This document shows positions 7,953 to 16,806 of a stretch of DNA of 64,000 bases, piece by piece. Origin of the DNA: a virus (Duplodnaviria; Heunggongvirae; Uroviricota; Caudoviricetes); the IMG/VR virus record IMGVR_UViG_3300042402_004854, positions 1-64,000 of that record; one strand, given 5' to 3'. Numbering within the stretch: the first letter of the stretch is position 1; each line of letters begins with the position of its first letter. The notes beneath the pieces are model-generated. The model was not told where the DNA came from and did no database searches. It was given only the letters and a program-made list of their open reading frames with translations. Position numbers and translations under genes: made by a program.

Positions 7953-10131
7953 CAAACGCATACGTGGCCAACCAATCCCACTCATAACTTTTCTTCAGCG
8001 CCGCAAAGTCGCCCGCAACTGAGTCATAGTACTCTACTCCATCTTCGGCACCTTTGCGACTCCATTGCCCCGGTGTTGAATCAACAGTGAGCCATTTATT
8101 GAGTCTGTGTTCGCTTTCCACGTCAGGTAAACTGGCTTTTAATTTGAGCACTTCACGGAATGCAGTGCGCCAGCACATCCAGTCCGACTCATGATACATG
8201 GCTGTACCGCACACAATGGGCACAACTTCATGTGGTTGGTCTAGTGTGAAGTCCAAGCCCGCGCCTGTGTTCTCCAACACCAACTGTTTATTATACGCAA
8301 TCATGGCTTGGTGACCGTATACAAGTCCATTGATGGGATTGTGTGCATGAAAAATATAGTGCTTGGGTTGTTGCATGCGATCAGGTTGCCATGTCCAGTC
8401 AAAATCCGCAGTGACTTCTAGTTTGGCAAACACAGCAAAGAACCAAGGTGTTGTGCTTTGTCTAGCAGCCTCTTGATATGCTGCCACACGTCCATTGACA
8501 CCCGACACATGATGTATGCGATTCTTGTGGTCTTGTTCTGCTATGAATTTTAAATGTCTAAAGTAAAAGTCGGCATGTATTTCACCATTGCTGATAAACA
8601 CAATGTCCAAGGGCGGATCTTGTAGAGCACGTTGACTTCGATCTATATAAGGATAATCATACAACTGTGTCCGAATGTAAGGCACAGCGGTGCGTGGTAC
8701 TACAACTGTGCCAGCACCGTCACTGATGGGCACAATGGTTTTGGTTTGTTCACGCCACAGTGGCACAACTGCCATGATACCGGGGACATAATCGTGATTG
8801 GTAAATGTAGCAAGTGGACCTGCCCACTCAGTGTGTTTAATTGCTTCAACTTGACTGTCGTTGCTATGCACAATCACAGGCATGGGTCTACGTGGTACAC
8901 GTACATCAACAAAGTTTACATCATACCATTCCAACAGTTCTTTCTTTTCTGCTCTAGCAGCAAATGAGGGCACATGCATGAAGAATGTGTCACCAAACTT
9001 TTGATTGTTGGATCGAAACACATGCAACATTGTGGCCTGCCATTGTTCAGGATGCCAAGAGAAGTCAAAACCAGTGTAATCACAAATGCTGGAGCAAATC
9101 CAAACAAACTCATGTTGTGAACCTATGCTCTTGGCCAGGCGTATTAGTGTATCTCTATAGTTGTCAAAGTAACGCACAATCTTTGTGGTGTTTGGAATTT
9201 TGCCAGTACTGCCACACAAGTGATCTATTTCATATATGGCTGTGGCATTGCTGTCAACCCGCGCACGTATTTGATCCACGTACTTGATTTCTACAGCGCC
9301 AGGCACTGTATAGGTAGGGCCACCAGTGCGTTGGTGTTGCGTGGCAAACTGATATATGTACGGTGGATCACCTGGATCAGGCTGCCATGAAAAGTCCACA
9401 GTGGACTCATCTACGTTGGCAGGCACCGTCCAAGCAGTACGATCTTCCAGCAGTTCTGCTCTTGGCCAGTTCATGTACTTGCGTTCAGTTGCGCCCGGCA
9501 CATGATATTCTACTGTGGGCATTTTTTCTGCTGGCCACCATTGATTACCAAACACATACATGTAGGGTGGATCTCCTGGATCTGGGCACCAACTGCGATC
9601 CCACACACAGTCTACTAACGTATGCCAACGGTTAGCATGTTTTTCTGGCAGTCTTGCTTGAGGCGTGTCCATGTATTTGGTTTGCGTAGCACCTGGTACA
9701 TGATATTCCACTGTGGGCATTACATTACCCGGCCACCACTGATTGCCAAACACATAGTTGTAAGGCGGGTCATGCGGATGTGGAGCCCAAGACGTATCAA
9801 ACTCCGCAGCTTTTACCAAAAATTTGTAAGGCTTGGCATGTGGCCGATTGGGAATTGTCTGAGCATGAAAATGATAGTTATCTGTTGCACCCGATCTAGG
9901 CACAAGGTACGTGCCTGAATGATCATGCCATTGACTAGGCCATGCATGAGTAAATTCGCTTTGCCAAGGCACTGGTTCCCAAAGAAAATCAAAGCCAGTG
10001 TAATCTGCTAAGTATGTGATCCACCAGAAATATCTTGTGCGACTCAAACTCTGCGCATGTTCAAATGACTCCGCTGACTTTTCGTGTGCAAACACACCAG
10101 GTTTTTTTCCTGAATAAAATACATCAAACAT
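7924..10131 (-). CDS. hypothetical Trp-rich tandem-repeat protein (735 aa); possible glycan-binding or glycosyltransferase-associated function
   Basis: Long uninterrupted frame. Contains three to six copies of a ~45-aa module (D/F)FSWxPxPxDPPYxYxFGNQWWP...TVEYHVPGAxxxKYM. Only - strand gene inside the + strand block. Confidence 0.7.
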   Translation of the reverse strand: MFDVFYSGKKPGVFAHEKSAESFEHAQSLSRTRYFWWITYLADYTGFDFLWEPVPWQSEFTHAWPSQWHDHSGTYLVPRSGATDNYHFHAQTIPNRPHAKPYKFLVKAAEFDTSWAPHPHDPPYNYVFGNQWWPGNVMPTVEYHVPGATQTKYMDTPQARLPEKHANRWHTLVDCVWDRSWCPDPGDPPYMYVFGNQWWPAEKMPTVEYHVPGATERKYMNWPRAELLEDRTAWTVPANVDESTVDFSWQPDPGDPPYIYQFATQHQRTGGPTYTVPGAVEIKYVDQIRARVDSNATAIYEIDHLCGSTGKIPNTTKIVRYFDNYRDTLIRLAKSIGSQHEFVWICSSICDYTGFDFSWHPEQWQATMLHVFRSNNQKFGDTFFMHVPSFAARAEKKELLEWYDVNFVDVRVPRRPMPVIVHSNDSQVEAIKHTEWAGPLATFTNHDYVPGIMAVVPLWREQTKTIVPISDGAGTVVVPRTAVPYIRTQLYDYPYIDRSQRALQDPPLDIVFISNGEIHADFYFRHLKFIAEQDHKNRIHHVSGVNGRVAAYQEAARQSTTPWFFAVFAKLEVTADFDWTWQPDRMQQPKHYIFHAHNPINGLVYGHQAMIAYNKQLVLENTGAGLDFTLDQPHEVVPIVCGTAMYHESDWMCWRTAFREVLKLKASLPDVESEHRLNKWLTVDSTPGQWSRKGAEDGVEYYDSVAGDFAALKKSYEWDWLATYAFVKRSLTTSQ
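9262..9999 (-). repeat. in-frame tandem repeat region encoding W/P/Y-rich ~45-aa modules
   Basis: Protein positions ~45-290 of the 735-aa ORF. Copies DTSWAPHPHDPPYNYVFGNQWWPGNVMPTVEYHVPGATQTKYM, DRSWCPDPGDPPYMYVFGNQWWPAEKMPTVEYHVPGATERKYM and DFSWQPDPGDPPYIYQFATQ...TYTVPGAVEIKYV. DNA copies are diverged; compare 9540-9620 with 9700-9790. Confidence 0.6.
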
Positions 10132-11251
10132 GATTAGAATCGACGAAATTTACAACAATACATTTTGGCCTTGGCTTAAAGAGCATTATCCTGGTGTTAG
10201 AATGTTTTTTTGCGATCCATTTGGGAGAAGTGATCCGGATAGCATATTTAATTATGGCAATGATAAAATACACGAGTACAATTATATATTATTTTTTGAT
10301 CAAGAGCCAATAAATTTGGAAATTCATATACCAACTTTTGATACGGTATACGGAAGTAATCATGACATTTTTTGCATAAAAGACTGTACCTTAAATGGGT
10401 ATATTGTCACCAGTGAAAAAAACAGCGAGATTGTGAATTATATCTGCAAACGTTATAGATGGAAATCGTTGTATTATTTTTTCCATGGATGGGCTGCATT
10501 GGATTGGTATCGTGGATATGACCGAACTTTTTTGATCCAACCCTGGACCGAAAGAACTATTAACAAGACTTTTCTAGCACCCAATCGTATTGTGGCAGGA
10601 GAGCGTGAGCATAGATTAGAAATGCTGTATTGGATATTTCGACTGGGCATGACCGACAATCATGTGTCATGTCCTGCTGTGTGTCCTGCAGAAAATATTG
10701 CTATACTGGATGCTGTGCAACCTCTTAAAAGCAAGTATCCTGATATCGAAACAGTGTTTGCTGAACAGCCATTGCCACTAAACTTTGAGGGAGAAACCGA
10801 TCATCCCATGCATAGTTGTTGGCTCAGTTTGTTTGACCAAGCGGCTGAAAGTTTGTTATACTTGGTTACTGAAACTGTGGCCACAGGACGTAGACACCAT
10901 TTGACTGAAAAAACATTCAAACCCATTGCCTTGGGCATGCCTTTTGTGATGGTGGGCACACAAGGTAGTTTGAAGTATTTGCGCAGTTATGGTTTCCGAA
11001 CATTTGGTGACTTGTGGGATGAAAGTTATGATGACGAGCCAGATGATAGCCGACGCATAGAAAAAATTGCTCAACTATTAAAACAACTTGAAGGCAGTGA
11101 TCGTCAGGCCATATTTGACTCTGCACAAGAAATTATTGAACACAATTGGAATCACTTTTATGGCGGTGGGTTTGAAGCTGTACTGTGGCAAGAACTAAAG
11201 GGCATGCTAAATGAGCTTGAATTTGATAGCGGATCAAGTAGTACGGGGTAA
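10130..11251 (+). CDS. GT10-family (alpha-1,3-fucosyltransferase-like) glycosyltransferase paralogue 1
   Basis: HLTEKTFKPIALGMPFVMVG...GFRTFGDLWDESYD matches the FUT motif ITEKLWRN...PVVLG...FDE. Shares a paralogous C-terminal core with four other ORFs in the window. Confidence 0.6.
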   Translation: MIRIDEIYNNTFWPWLKEHYPGVRMFFCDPFGRSDPDSIFNYGNDKIHEYNYILFFDQEPINLEIHIPTFDTVYGSNHDIFCIKDCTLNGYIVTSEKNSEIVNYICKRYRWKSLYYFFHGWAALDWYRGYDRTFLIQPWTERTINKTFLAPNRIVAGEREHRLEMLYWIFRLGMTDNHVSCPAVCPAENIAILDAVQPLKSKYPDIETVFAEQPLPLNFEGETDHPMHSCWLSLFDQAAESLLYLVTETVATGRRHHLTEKTFKPIALGMPFVMVGTQGSLKYLRSYGFRTFGDLWDESYDDEPDDSRRIEKIAQLLKQLEGSDRQAIFDSAQEIIEHNWNHFYGGGFEAVLWQELKGMLNELEFDSGSSSTG

Positions 11252-12392
11252 AATATATCCTGCGCTGGCACGCCATCAAGCTGCACCTTACACACAGGCA
11301 TGGCGCGAGTTTGGTCAACATTGGCCGCATACCATTCCCATTCGACTACAAGAATATTGTGACCACCATAATATCAAAATCAACATCTATAATGTTCAAG
11401 ATCAGTTGCCCAACAACACATTTTATCCTGTTGGCTTAGGATTTTTTAATTTTGATATTGACTACTTTGAACTCATGAGCAGTGAGATCCGCCAGGCCTT
11501 GTGTGAACAGCGTGTGCGTGTGTTGTTTTACTATCATGAAGGTGACAATCCTGCACGTATCAAACTTCAACTAGACAAATTGGCCAGAAATCATCGATTG
11601 CCAACCGACTGTTATGTGTTTGTCAGTGCCAACACCGCTGCCAAACAGTTAAAGAACTTTGTGTACTTTACAGACTTTGAGATTTGGTATTATCAACGCA
11701 ATCGTGCTAGTCCTGCACTAAAAATACATTCGGAGCCGAGAGAGCGTGAATTTACTGTGCTTAACAGACTGCACAAATCATGGCGTGCATTGGCCATGGC
11801 AGATTTAAAAAGTCTTGAGTTGCTAGATAACTCATATTGGAGTTACTGTGAGTCTGGTGTGTTTGATGATGCAAAGTGCCCGATTGAAATTGATGCTATT
11901 GCCGGACTACGCACTGCTACTGAAGAGTTTTTAAAATCAGCCCCGTACATCAGTGATGAGTTGGATTTTGATCAACGCAATGATCACAGCACACTTGTGC
12001 CCAAGTACCATGTCAACAGTTATTGCAACATTGTGATGGAAACACATTTTGATGCTGATCAAAGTGGAGGTGCATTTTTAACTGAAAAAACATTCAAGCC
12101 TATCAAACACGGACAACTGTTTTTCATAGCGGGACCAGCAGGCAGTTTACAAGTGTTACGTGACTTGGGGTATCGTGTGTTTGATCATATACTGGACAAC
12201 AGTTATGATCTGGAAACTGATCACACACAACGTTGGCGGGCATTGACCCGAGCCATATACTTTGCTCAACCCGAACTGCCCCGACTGTTTGAACAGGCTC
12301 GAGCTGACATAGAACACAACCAACAGTTATTTCAAGCCACAAAGACCGATCGTTTAAATAGTTTGATCAAGGACATCAATGAACACCATTAA
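11211..12392 (+). CDS. GT10-family glycosyltransferase paralogue 2
   Basis: FLTEKTFKPIKHGQLFFIAGPAGSLQVLRDLGYRVFDHILDNSYD; overlaps the previous gene by 41 nt. Confidence 0.6.
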   Translation: MSLNLIADQVVRGKIYPALARHQAAPYTQAWREFGQHWPHTIPIRLQEYCDHHNIKINIYNVQDQLPNNTFYPVGLGFFNFDIDYFELMSSEIRQALCEQRVRVLFYYHEGDNPARIKLQLDKLARNHRLPTDCYVFVSANTAAKQLKNFVYFTDFEIWYYQRNRASPALKIHSEPREREFTVLNRLHKSWRALAMADLKSLELLDNSYWSYCESGVFDDAKCPIEIDAIAGLRTATEEFLKSAPYISDELDFDQRNDHSTLVPKYHVNSYCNIVMETHFDADQSGGAFLTEKTFKPIKHGQLFFIAGPAGSLQVLRDLGYRVFDHILDNSYDLETDHTQRWRALTRAIYFAQPELPRLFEQARADIEHNQQLFQATKTDRLNSLIKDINEHH

Positions 12393-13419
12393 CTCTTATA
12401 CCAGCTGGCAACCACTTGAAGAAGTTATTGTAGGTCGTGCTTACACCCCAGACTATTTTGATTTTATTGAAAATGCTCAAGTGCGCAATCAATTACAACA
12501 GATTCTCTCTGAGACTGAAGAAGACTTGGCCAACTTGCAAAAGACCATTGAGACTTATGGTGCAAAAGTACGCAGGCCCAAGCTACCCGACAAATACAAT
12601 TTTCAACGTGACCAAATGAAGGGCAACGGTGCACCACTGCCACCACTTACCCCAAGGGACTGGCAGATCACCCTGGGAGATAAACTGTTACGTGTGTTGT
12701 CTATTCCAGAATTAGATTCACTGTGCAACGAGTACGAAGCAGCACAACCTGGTAGTGTGATCAATCCACACGGTCCCACAGGCTGGGACGAAAACTGTAT
12801 CCTTAACCAAGCGTCAGCATCATGCATTGTACGTGTGGGACGTGATGTGTTCTTTGACAACTCAGATTTTTTACGTCCTGATCAGACTCGGTGGATCGTG
12901 GATCATGTGCTAGGACCAGAGTATCGCATACATGAAGCCATTACAGACGGTCATGGTGATGCGGTGTTTGCTATATTGAAACCTGGTGTGTTATTGAGTT
13001 CAAAACACGATGTTAACTTAGACTTAGCACGTGACTTTCCGGGATGGGATGTTTGCAAAATTTGGGATAGTAGTATCTGGGCCGCCATGGAAGTTGGCAA
13101 GTTCAAGTATGAACAAAGCCCGAGTGCTTGGTATGTACAAGGACAAACTCCCACACCAGAGTTTACAGACTTTGTGAACACTTATCTAACCAAGTGGACT
13201 GGATTTGTTGCTGAAACTGTGTTTGATGTCAACTGTTTGGTGCTGGATGAGTCACATGTTATCTTCTCAGCATACAACCGAGAAGTGTTTGACTACTGTC
13301 GCAAGCATAAGATTGAACCTATTATCTCAGAACTGCGTCACAGTTATTTCTGGGATGGTGGTATTAGTTGCTGTACGCAAGACATTCGACGCCGTGGCGG
13401 ACTTGAAACTTATCTCTAA
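12379..13419 (+). CDS. amidinotransferase (AGAT/StrB1-like) paralogue 2
   Basis: The C-terminus VLDESHVIFSAYNREVFDYCRKHKIEPIISELRHSYFWDGGISCCTQDIRRRGGLETYL aligns closely with the human AGAT C-terminus VLMLDEKRV...[24 protein letters not shown]. Confidence 0.8.
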   Translation: MNTINSYTSWQPLEEVIVGRAYTPDYFDFIENAQVRNQLQQILSETEEDLANLQKTIETYGAKVRRPKLPDKYNFQRDQMKGNGAPLPPLTPRDWQITLGDKLLRVLSIPELDSLCNEYEAAQPGSVINPHGPTGWDENCILNQASASCIVRVGRDVFFDNSDFLRPDQTRWIVDHVLGPEYRIHEAITDGHGDAVFAILKPGVLLSSKHDVNLDLARDFPGWDVCKIWDSSIWAAMEVGKFKYEQSPSAWYVQGQTPTPEFTDFVNTYLTKWTGFVAETVFDVNCLVLDESHVIFSAYNREVFDYCRKHKIEPIISELRHSYFWDGGISCCTQDIRRRGGLETYL

Positions 13420-14903
13420 CTGAAAACTTTTACACCATACAGTTTTTCAAACCGATCTGCATCTGCTCGATCGTTGACCATGGGCTCGCCACGTATGTTC
13501 AAACTGGTGTTCAGCAACATAGGACAACCAGTTATTGAATGCCAATACTCCAACAACTGTCTTATTCCTGATCCGCCCGCCTCCACCGTTTGTACTCTAC
13601 TGGTGCCATCAACATGACATATAGCAGGGTAAACGTCAGGTTGGCGACAACGAGCGACTGACTGCATATAATTGTGAGTATGCCAGCCAGGCTGCATGTC
13701 AAAGTAGTCATTAGCCAATTCAGCCAGTACCACAGGGGCGAAGGGTCTGAACTTTTGTCTGCGTTTGATTTCATTTACTCTGTCCTTGATTTCTGCACCA
13801 CGGGGGTCTGCAAGTAGGCTTCGGTTACCCAACGCTCTAGGACCGAATTCAGCACGGCCAGAGGCCACTCCAACAATGCCAGTGTCAAGTAGAGTACTGA
13901 CAATACGATCAACAGGATAAGGGCCAGGGATATTGTGACCAAGGTAAGCATTACGCCAATGCAACCTTTTGCCGTACGCAAGGGCAGCGGCTCCGAGGCT
14001 GCTTCCGGCATCGCCGGGGTTGGGCATGATCCAGATGTTTTCAAAGTATTTTCCTAGTCGTCTATTGGCCAAACAGTTGAGTGCAACGCCACCTTGATAC
14101 ACAAGATTTGTTGACCAGCCAAAATCTCTGGCCCGGCGCATGATATTACCAATCAAGCGTTCCAACATTCGTTGAGCAGCAGCGGCAATATCCACATGAT
14201 CAAGACCGCCCATGAAGGTGTCGCTGACTCCAGTGTGTAAGTTCTGTTTGAACTCTGCAGTATTTGGATCACTGATCAACACTGCTTCCATGAGATCATG
14301 ATAATGATCATCGCCATAAGCAGCCATACCCATGGTGATGTATTCTTCGTCTAGTGGGTGTAGGCCCACACGCTTAGTAATTGCACTATAAAAGAGACCC
14401 AGGCTGTGAGGGTATCGTTGTCCCCACAGTCGACGATATCTTGCTCGTCCTTGCTTGTCATACTCTGCTCCCCAGATTGTGATTGTGTCCCATTCACCTA
14501 TGGCATCGATTACCACAACTGTGGCCCGGTCGTATGGTGAAGTTTGAAAGCCACCAGCGGCATGTGAAAGATGATGATTGTAACTGTGATAGTGTTTGAT
14601 ATCCTGCCACCGGGCATGACCTATCTGCTGATGCACTATGCTTTTTACTCGTAACTTGTTCCACTCTATACCTTGGCCAGCATACAGTTGACGCAGTTGC
14701 TTGGCCCAAGGACGCTCATAATGTGCTACAGTATCAATAGGGTTGTAGTTTTCAAGTTCACGTATAAATGCACTGTCAAAGTCAGCGTCATTTTTGCGTT
14801 TGCTGTAGCGTTCTGCATGGCCGGCAAATAATATGTCGCCAGAGCGATTGATCACTGTGGCCGCGGCATCATGGAACCCAGCACTGATACCTAGTATGTT
14901 CAT
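13416..14903 (-). CDS. NodU/CmcH/TobZ-family O-carbamoyltransferase
   Basis: N-terminal MNILGISAGFHDAAATVI (Kae1/HypF-like carbamoyltransferase N-domain). C-terminal NTSLNIRGEPMVNDRADA motif. 495 aa. Confidence 0.85.
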   Translation of the reverse strand: MNILGISAGFHDAAATVINRSGDILFAGHAERYSKRKNDADFDSAFIRELENYNPIDTVAHYERPWAKQLRQLYAGQGIEWNKLRVKSIVHQQIGHARWQDIKHYHSYNHHLSHAAGGFQTSPYDRATVVVIDAIGEWDTITIWGAEYDKQGRARYRRLWGQRYPHSLGLFYSAITKRVGLHPLDEEYITMGMAAYGDDHYHDLMEAVLISDPNTAEFKQNLHTGVSDTFMGGLDHVDIAAAAQRMLERLIGNIMRRARDFGWSTNLVYQGGVALNCLANRRLGKYFENIWIMPNPGDAGSSLGAAALAYGKRLHWRNAYLGHNIPGPYPVDRIVSTLLDTGIVGVASGRAEFGPRALGNRSLLADPRGAEIKDRVNEIKRRQKFRPFAPVVLAELANDYFDMQPGWHTHNYMQSVARCRQPDVYPAICHVDGTSRVQTVEAGGSGIRQLLEYWHSITGCPMLLNTSLNIRGEPMVNDRADADRFEKLYGVKVFS

Positions 14904-15004
14904 TTGTAGATGAATGGGTCTCGTTTGCGAAGTTCTTTTAGTTTTTTACGATAGCGTATTTCCAGGATAATTTGATCGTATATTTTTTTCAACCATTTAA
15001 ACAT
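14900..15004 (-). CDS. conserved 34-aa small ORF (MFKWLKKIYDQIILEIRYRKKLKELRKRDPFIYK), translationally coupled upstream of carbamoyltransferase
   Basis: ATG at 15004, preceded by AAGGA 7 nt upstream. The TGA overlaps the carbamoyltransferase ATG (ATGA). Paralogue of 15683..15784 with conservative substitutions. Confidence 0.55.
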   Translation of the reverse strand: MFKWLKKIYDQIILEIRYRKKLKELRKRDPFIYK

Positions 15005-15686
15005 AATTTTTCCTTAAGACGTAAGTTACCAACCCACCGTTTTTAAAATTGAACAGTGCTGGCAACCAAAAATTTTGTAACATACTAGGGTAGGCTTTTT
15101 TGAGTTCAAAATCAGGTAGCATCGATTTAATCTTATCAAAGGTAAAACTCAACTCGAACGGATGTAATTCTTGATCTTGATACAATGTATGGCTATTGTA
15201 GTTTATTTTAAATACTTTTTTTAGTATTTTTCCTGCAGGATGATAAAGCCCTAAAATTATAGTACCACCTGGACGTGTCAGTTCACGTAGCTTTGTTATC
15301 ACTGTCATGTAGTCAGGAATATGGTGTAAAACACCTTGGCATACAACCACATCAAACGTTTCTGCAAGATTGAGTTGAGTTAAATCTTGCCGGTTGAATT
15401 CTACGTTGTTAATGTTGTGTTGTTTTTTAAATTGTTTCGCATAGTCAACTGAGTTTGAAAAATCCACGCCCATAAATTTTGATTGTGGATGTCTCAGCGC
15501 CATTAAATTTGTTATCAATCCGGTACCACAGCCAGCATCCAATACTGATTGATTGTTGTCAATTTGTGATTCGATAATGCGCAGATATCGGTTTTCAATT
15601 GGATGTCCGTACGCCAACAATTGCTCTATACTGTAAGGTCCTGGGAACGGAACCTCATTGTAAAACTCTTTGACTGTTTGTTTCAT
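14997..15686 (-). CDS. class I SAM-dependent methyltransferase
   Basis: VLDAGCGTGLITNLMA (motif I, GxGxG). 229 aa. Confidence 0.8.
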   Translation of the reverse strand: MKQTVKEFYNEVPFPGPYSIEQLLAYGHPIENRYLRIIESQIDNNQSVLDAGCGTGLITNLMALRHPQSKFMGVDFSNSVDYAKQFKKQHNINNVEFNRQDLTQLNLAETFDVVVCQGVLHHIPDYMTVITKLRELTRPGGTIILGLYHPAGKILKKVFKINYNSHTLYQDQELHPFELSFTFDKIKSMLPDFELKKAYPSMLQNFWLPALFNFKNGGLVTYVLRKNYV

Positions 15687-15784
15687 TTATAAAGGTAGGG
15701 ATCTTGTTTTGCTAATTCTCTTAGATGTTTTCTATACCGTATTTCTAGGGCGATTCGATTCCAAAGTCTGCGTATCCATTTCAT
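15683..15784 (-). CDS. conserved 33-aa small ORF (MKWIRRLWNRIALEIRYRKHLRELAKQDPYLYK), translationally coupled upstream of methyltransferase
   Basis: The ATG at 15784 overlaps the stop of 15781..16806 (ATGA). AAGGAG 6 nt upstream. The TGA overlaps the methyltransferase ATG. Paralogue of 14900..15004. Confidence 0.55.
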   Translation of the reverse strand: MKWIRRLWNRIALEIRYRKHLRELAKQDPYLYK

Positions 15785-16806
15785 CGTAGTCTCCTTATTT
15801 GTTGATCGGCATAATCTTGATCGCTCCAACAATACTCATATGTAGCTTCGGCGTCACTGGTGCGTATTTTATACACATCTAAATGAGTGCTAAGTTGATT
15901 CCAAATTTGATTATAATCTAACGTGCCAAAACTTTTATTCAAATTAACCTGTGCCACTTGAGGGTGGCCAATTGTTAACAATTTATCTTCTGGATCAAAT
16001 TCATTATCAATTAACCATTGTCGAAAATTTGCAATTTGTTTTTTTTGCCAAAAAAACGCCCCAGGATCTCTAGCCCATTCAATATCAAAATCACCAGCAG
16101 CCTCAGTTTGATTACGTAAACCAGTTGTCACTAGTTCATCTACACTGCGCCCTTCGTCGTTAAACACTTCCCAGTGCGTTTTTCCCACAGCCTTATTTAT
16201 TCCCACGTAAACTCCGCCCATTTGACGATTTAATGTTTCAACCCCAAACAGTTTGTAATCCTCTGTGTCTAATAGAAATCTTGGCGACTTGAGCCAACAC
16301 ATGAGTTGACTGGGTCTACGCCATTCGGGCGCTTGTATGACCTTGCGCATGCTGAGCACAAGACTTTCGTATTCATGGCACAACAAGTTGAGTTGACGTA
16401 TATGCCAGCGTGTTCGATCGTCTGCCTTGGTCCAATAAGGACTCATATGTCCTGAATGTCCTTGCAGATCTTCAAAGTAGCGATGTAGCCAGTTCATGCG
16501 GTCATGGTCAACATCTAAATTGTCCTGTATGGTGCCTTCTACAGTGAAATGATCTTGTATTACATAACCCAGGTTGGCTGAGTTAATAGCGGCAATGCTG
16601 GCATTGATCTGATTGACGATGTATTCGGCATTGCGTTCACTTTCAGTCCAGCCCAACCAGCAGTAGTTTTTTTCTAAATGCAAGTCGTTGCGTATGATGT
16701 CATTCAATGCACTCAACCATTTGCGACTGAGACTGTTGTCTGTGACATCAATGTGCAGTGTGAGCGTGTCTGCACCACGCAGGTCTATTTCGATTCTATC
16801 AAGCAA
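15781..16806 (-). CDS. hypothetical protein (341 aa; TTG start as drawn)
   Basis: ORF track; long frame in the co-directional block. No motif recognised. The start codon is uncertain: TTG at 16806 overlaps the stop of the upstream rSAM gene. Confidence 0.55.
   Translation of the reverse strand: MLDRIEIDLRGADTLTLHIDVTDNSLSRKWLSALNDIIRNDLHLEKNYCWLGWTESERNAEYIVNQINASIAAINSANLGYVIQDHFTVEGTIQDNLDVDHDRMNWLHRYFEDLQGHSGHMSPYWTKADDRTRWHIRQLNLLCHEYESLVLSMRKVIQAPEWRRPSQLMCWLKSPRFLLDTEDYKLFGVETLNRQMGGVYVGINKAVGKTHWEVFNDEGRSVDELVTTGLRNQTEAAGDFDIEWARDPGAFFWQKKQIANFRQWLIDNEFDPEDKLLTIGHPQVAQVNLNKSFGTLDYNQIWNQLSTHLDVYKIRTSDAEATYEYCWSDQDYADQQIRRLR

Noticed and set aside
10129-10132. Shared CATG containing both divergent start codons (7924..10131 on - and 10130..11251 on +) as evidence of a mis-called start
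   Set aside because: There is no in-frame alternative start within 20 codons for the - strand gene. Met24 at 10199 is possible for the + gene, but neither alternative has a better RBS. I left the starts as drawn and noted them under the repeat-protein finding.
14900-15784. The two 33-34-aa peptides as RiPP precursor peptides for the radical SAM enzymes
   Set aside because: The peptides are Lys/Arg-rich amphipathic helices lacking Cys/Ser/Thr-rich cores. They are coupled to a methyltransferase and a carbamoyltransferase rather than to rSAM genes, and the surrounding genes are sugar-pathway enzymes. I kept them as a finding with a regulatory or partner-subunit interpretation instead.
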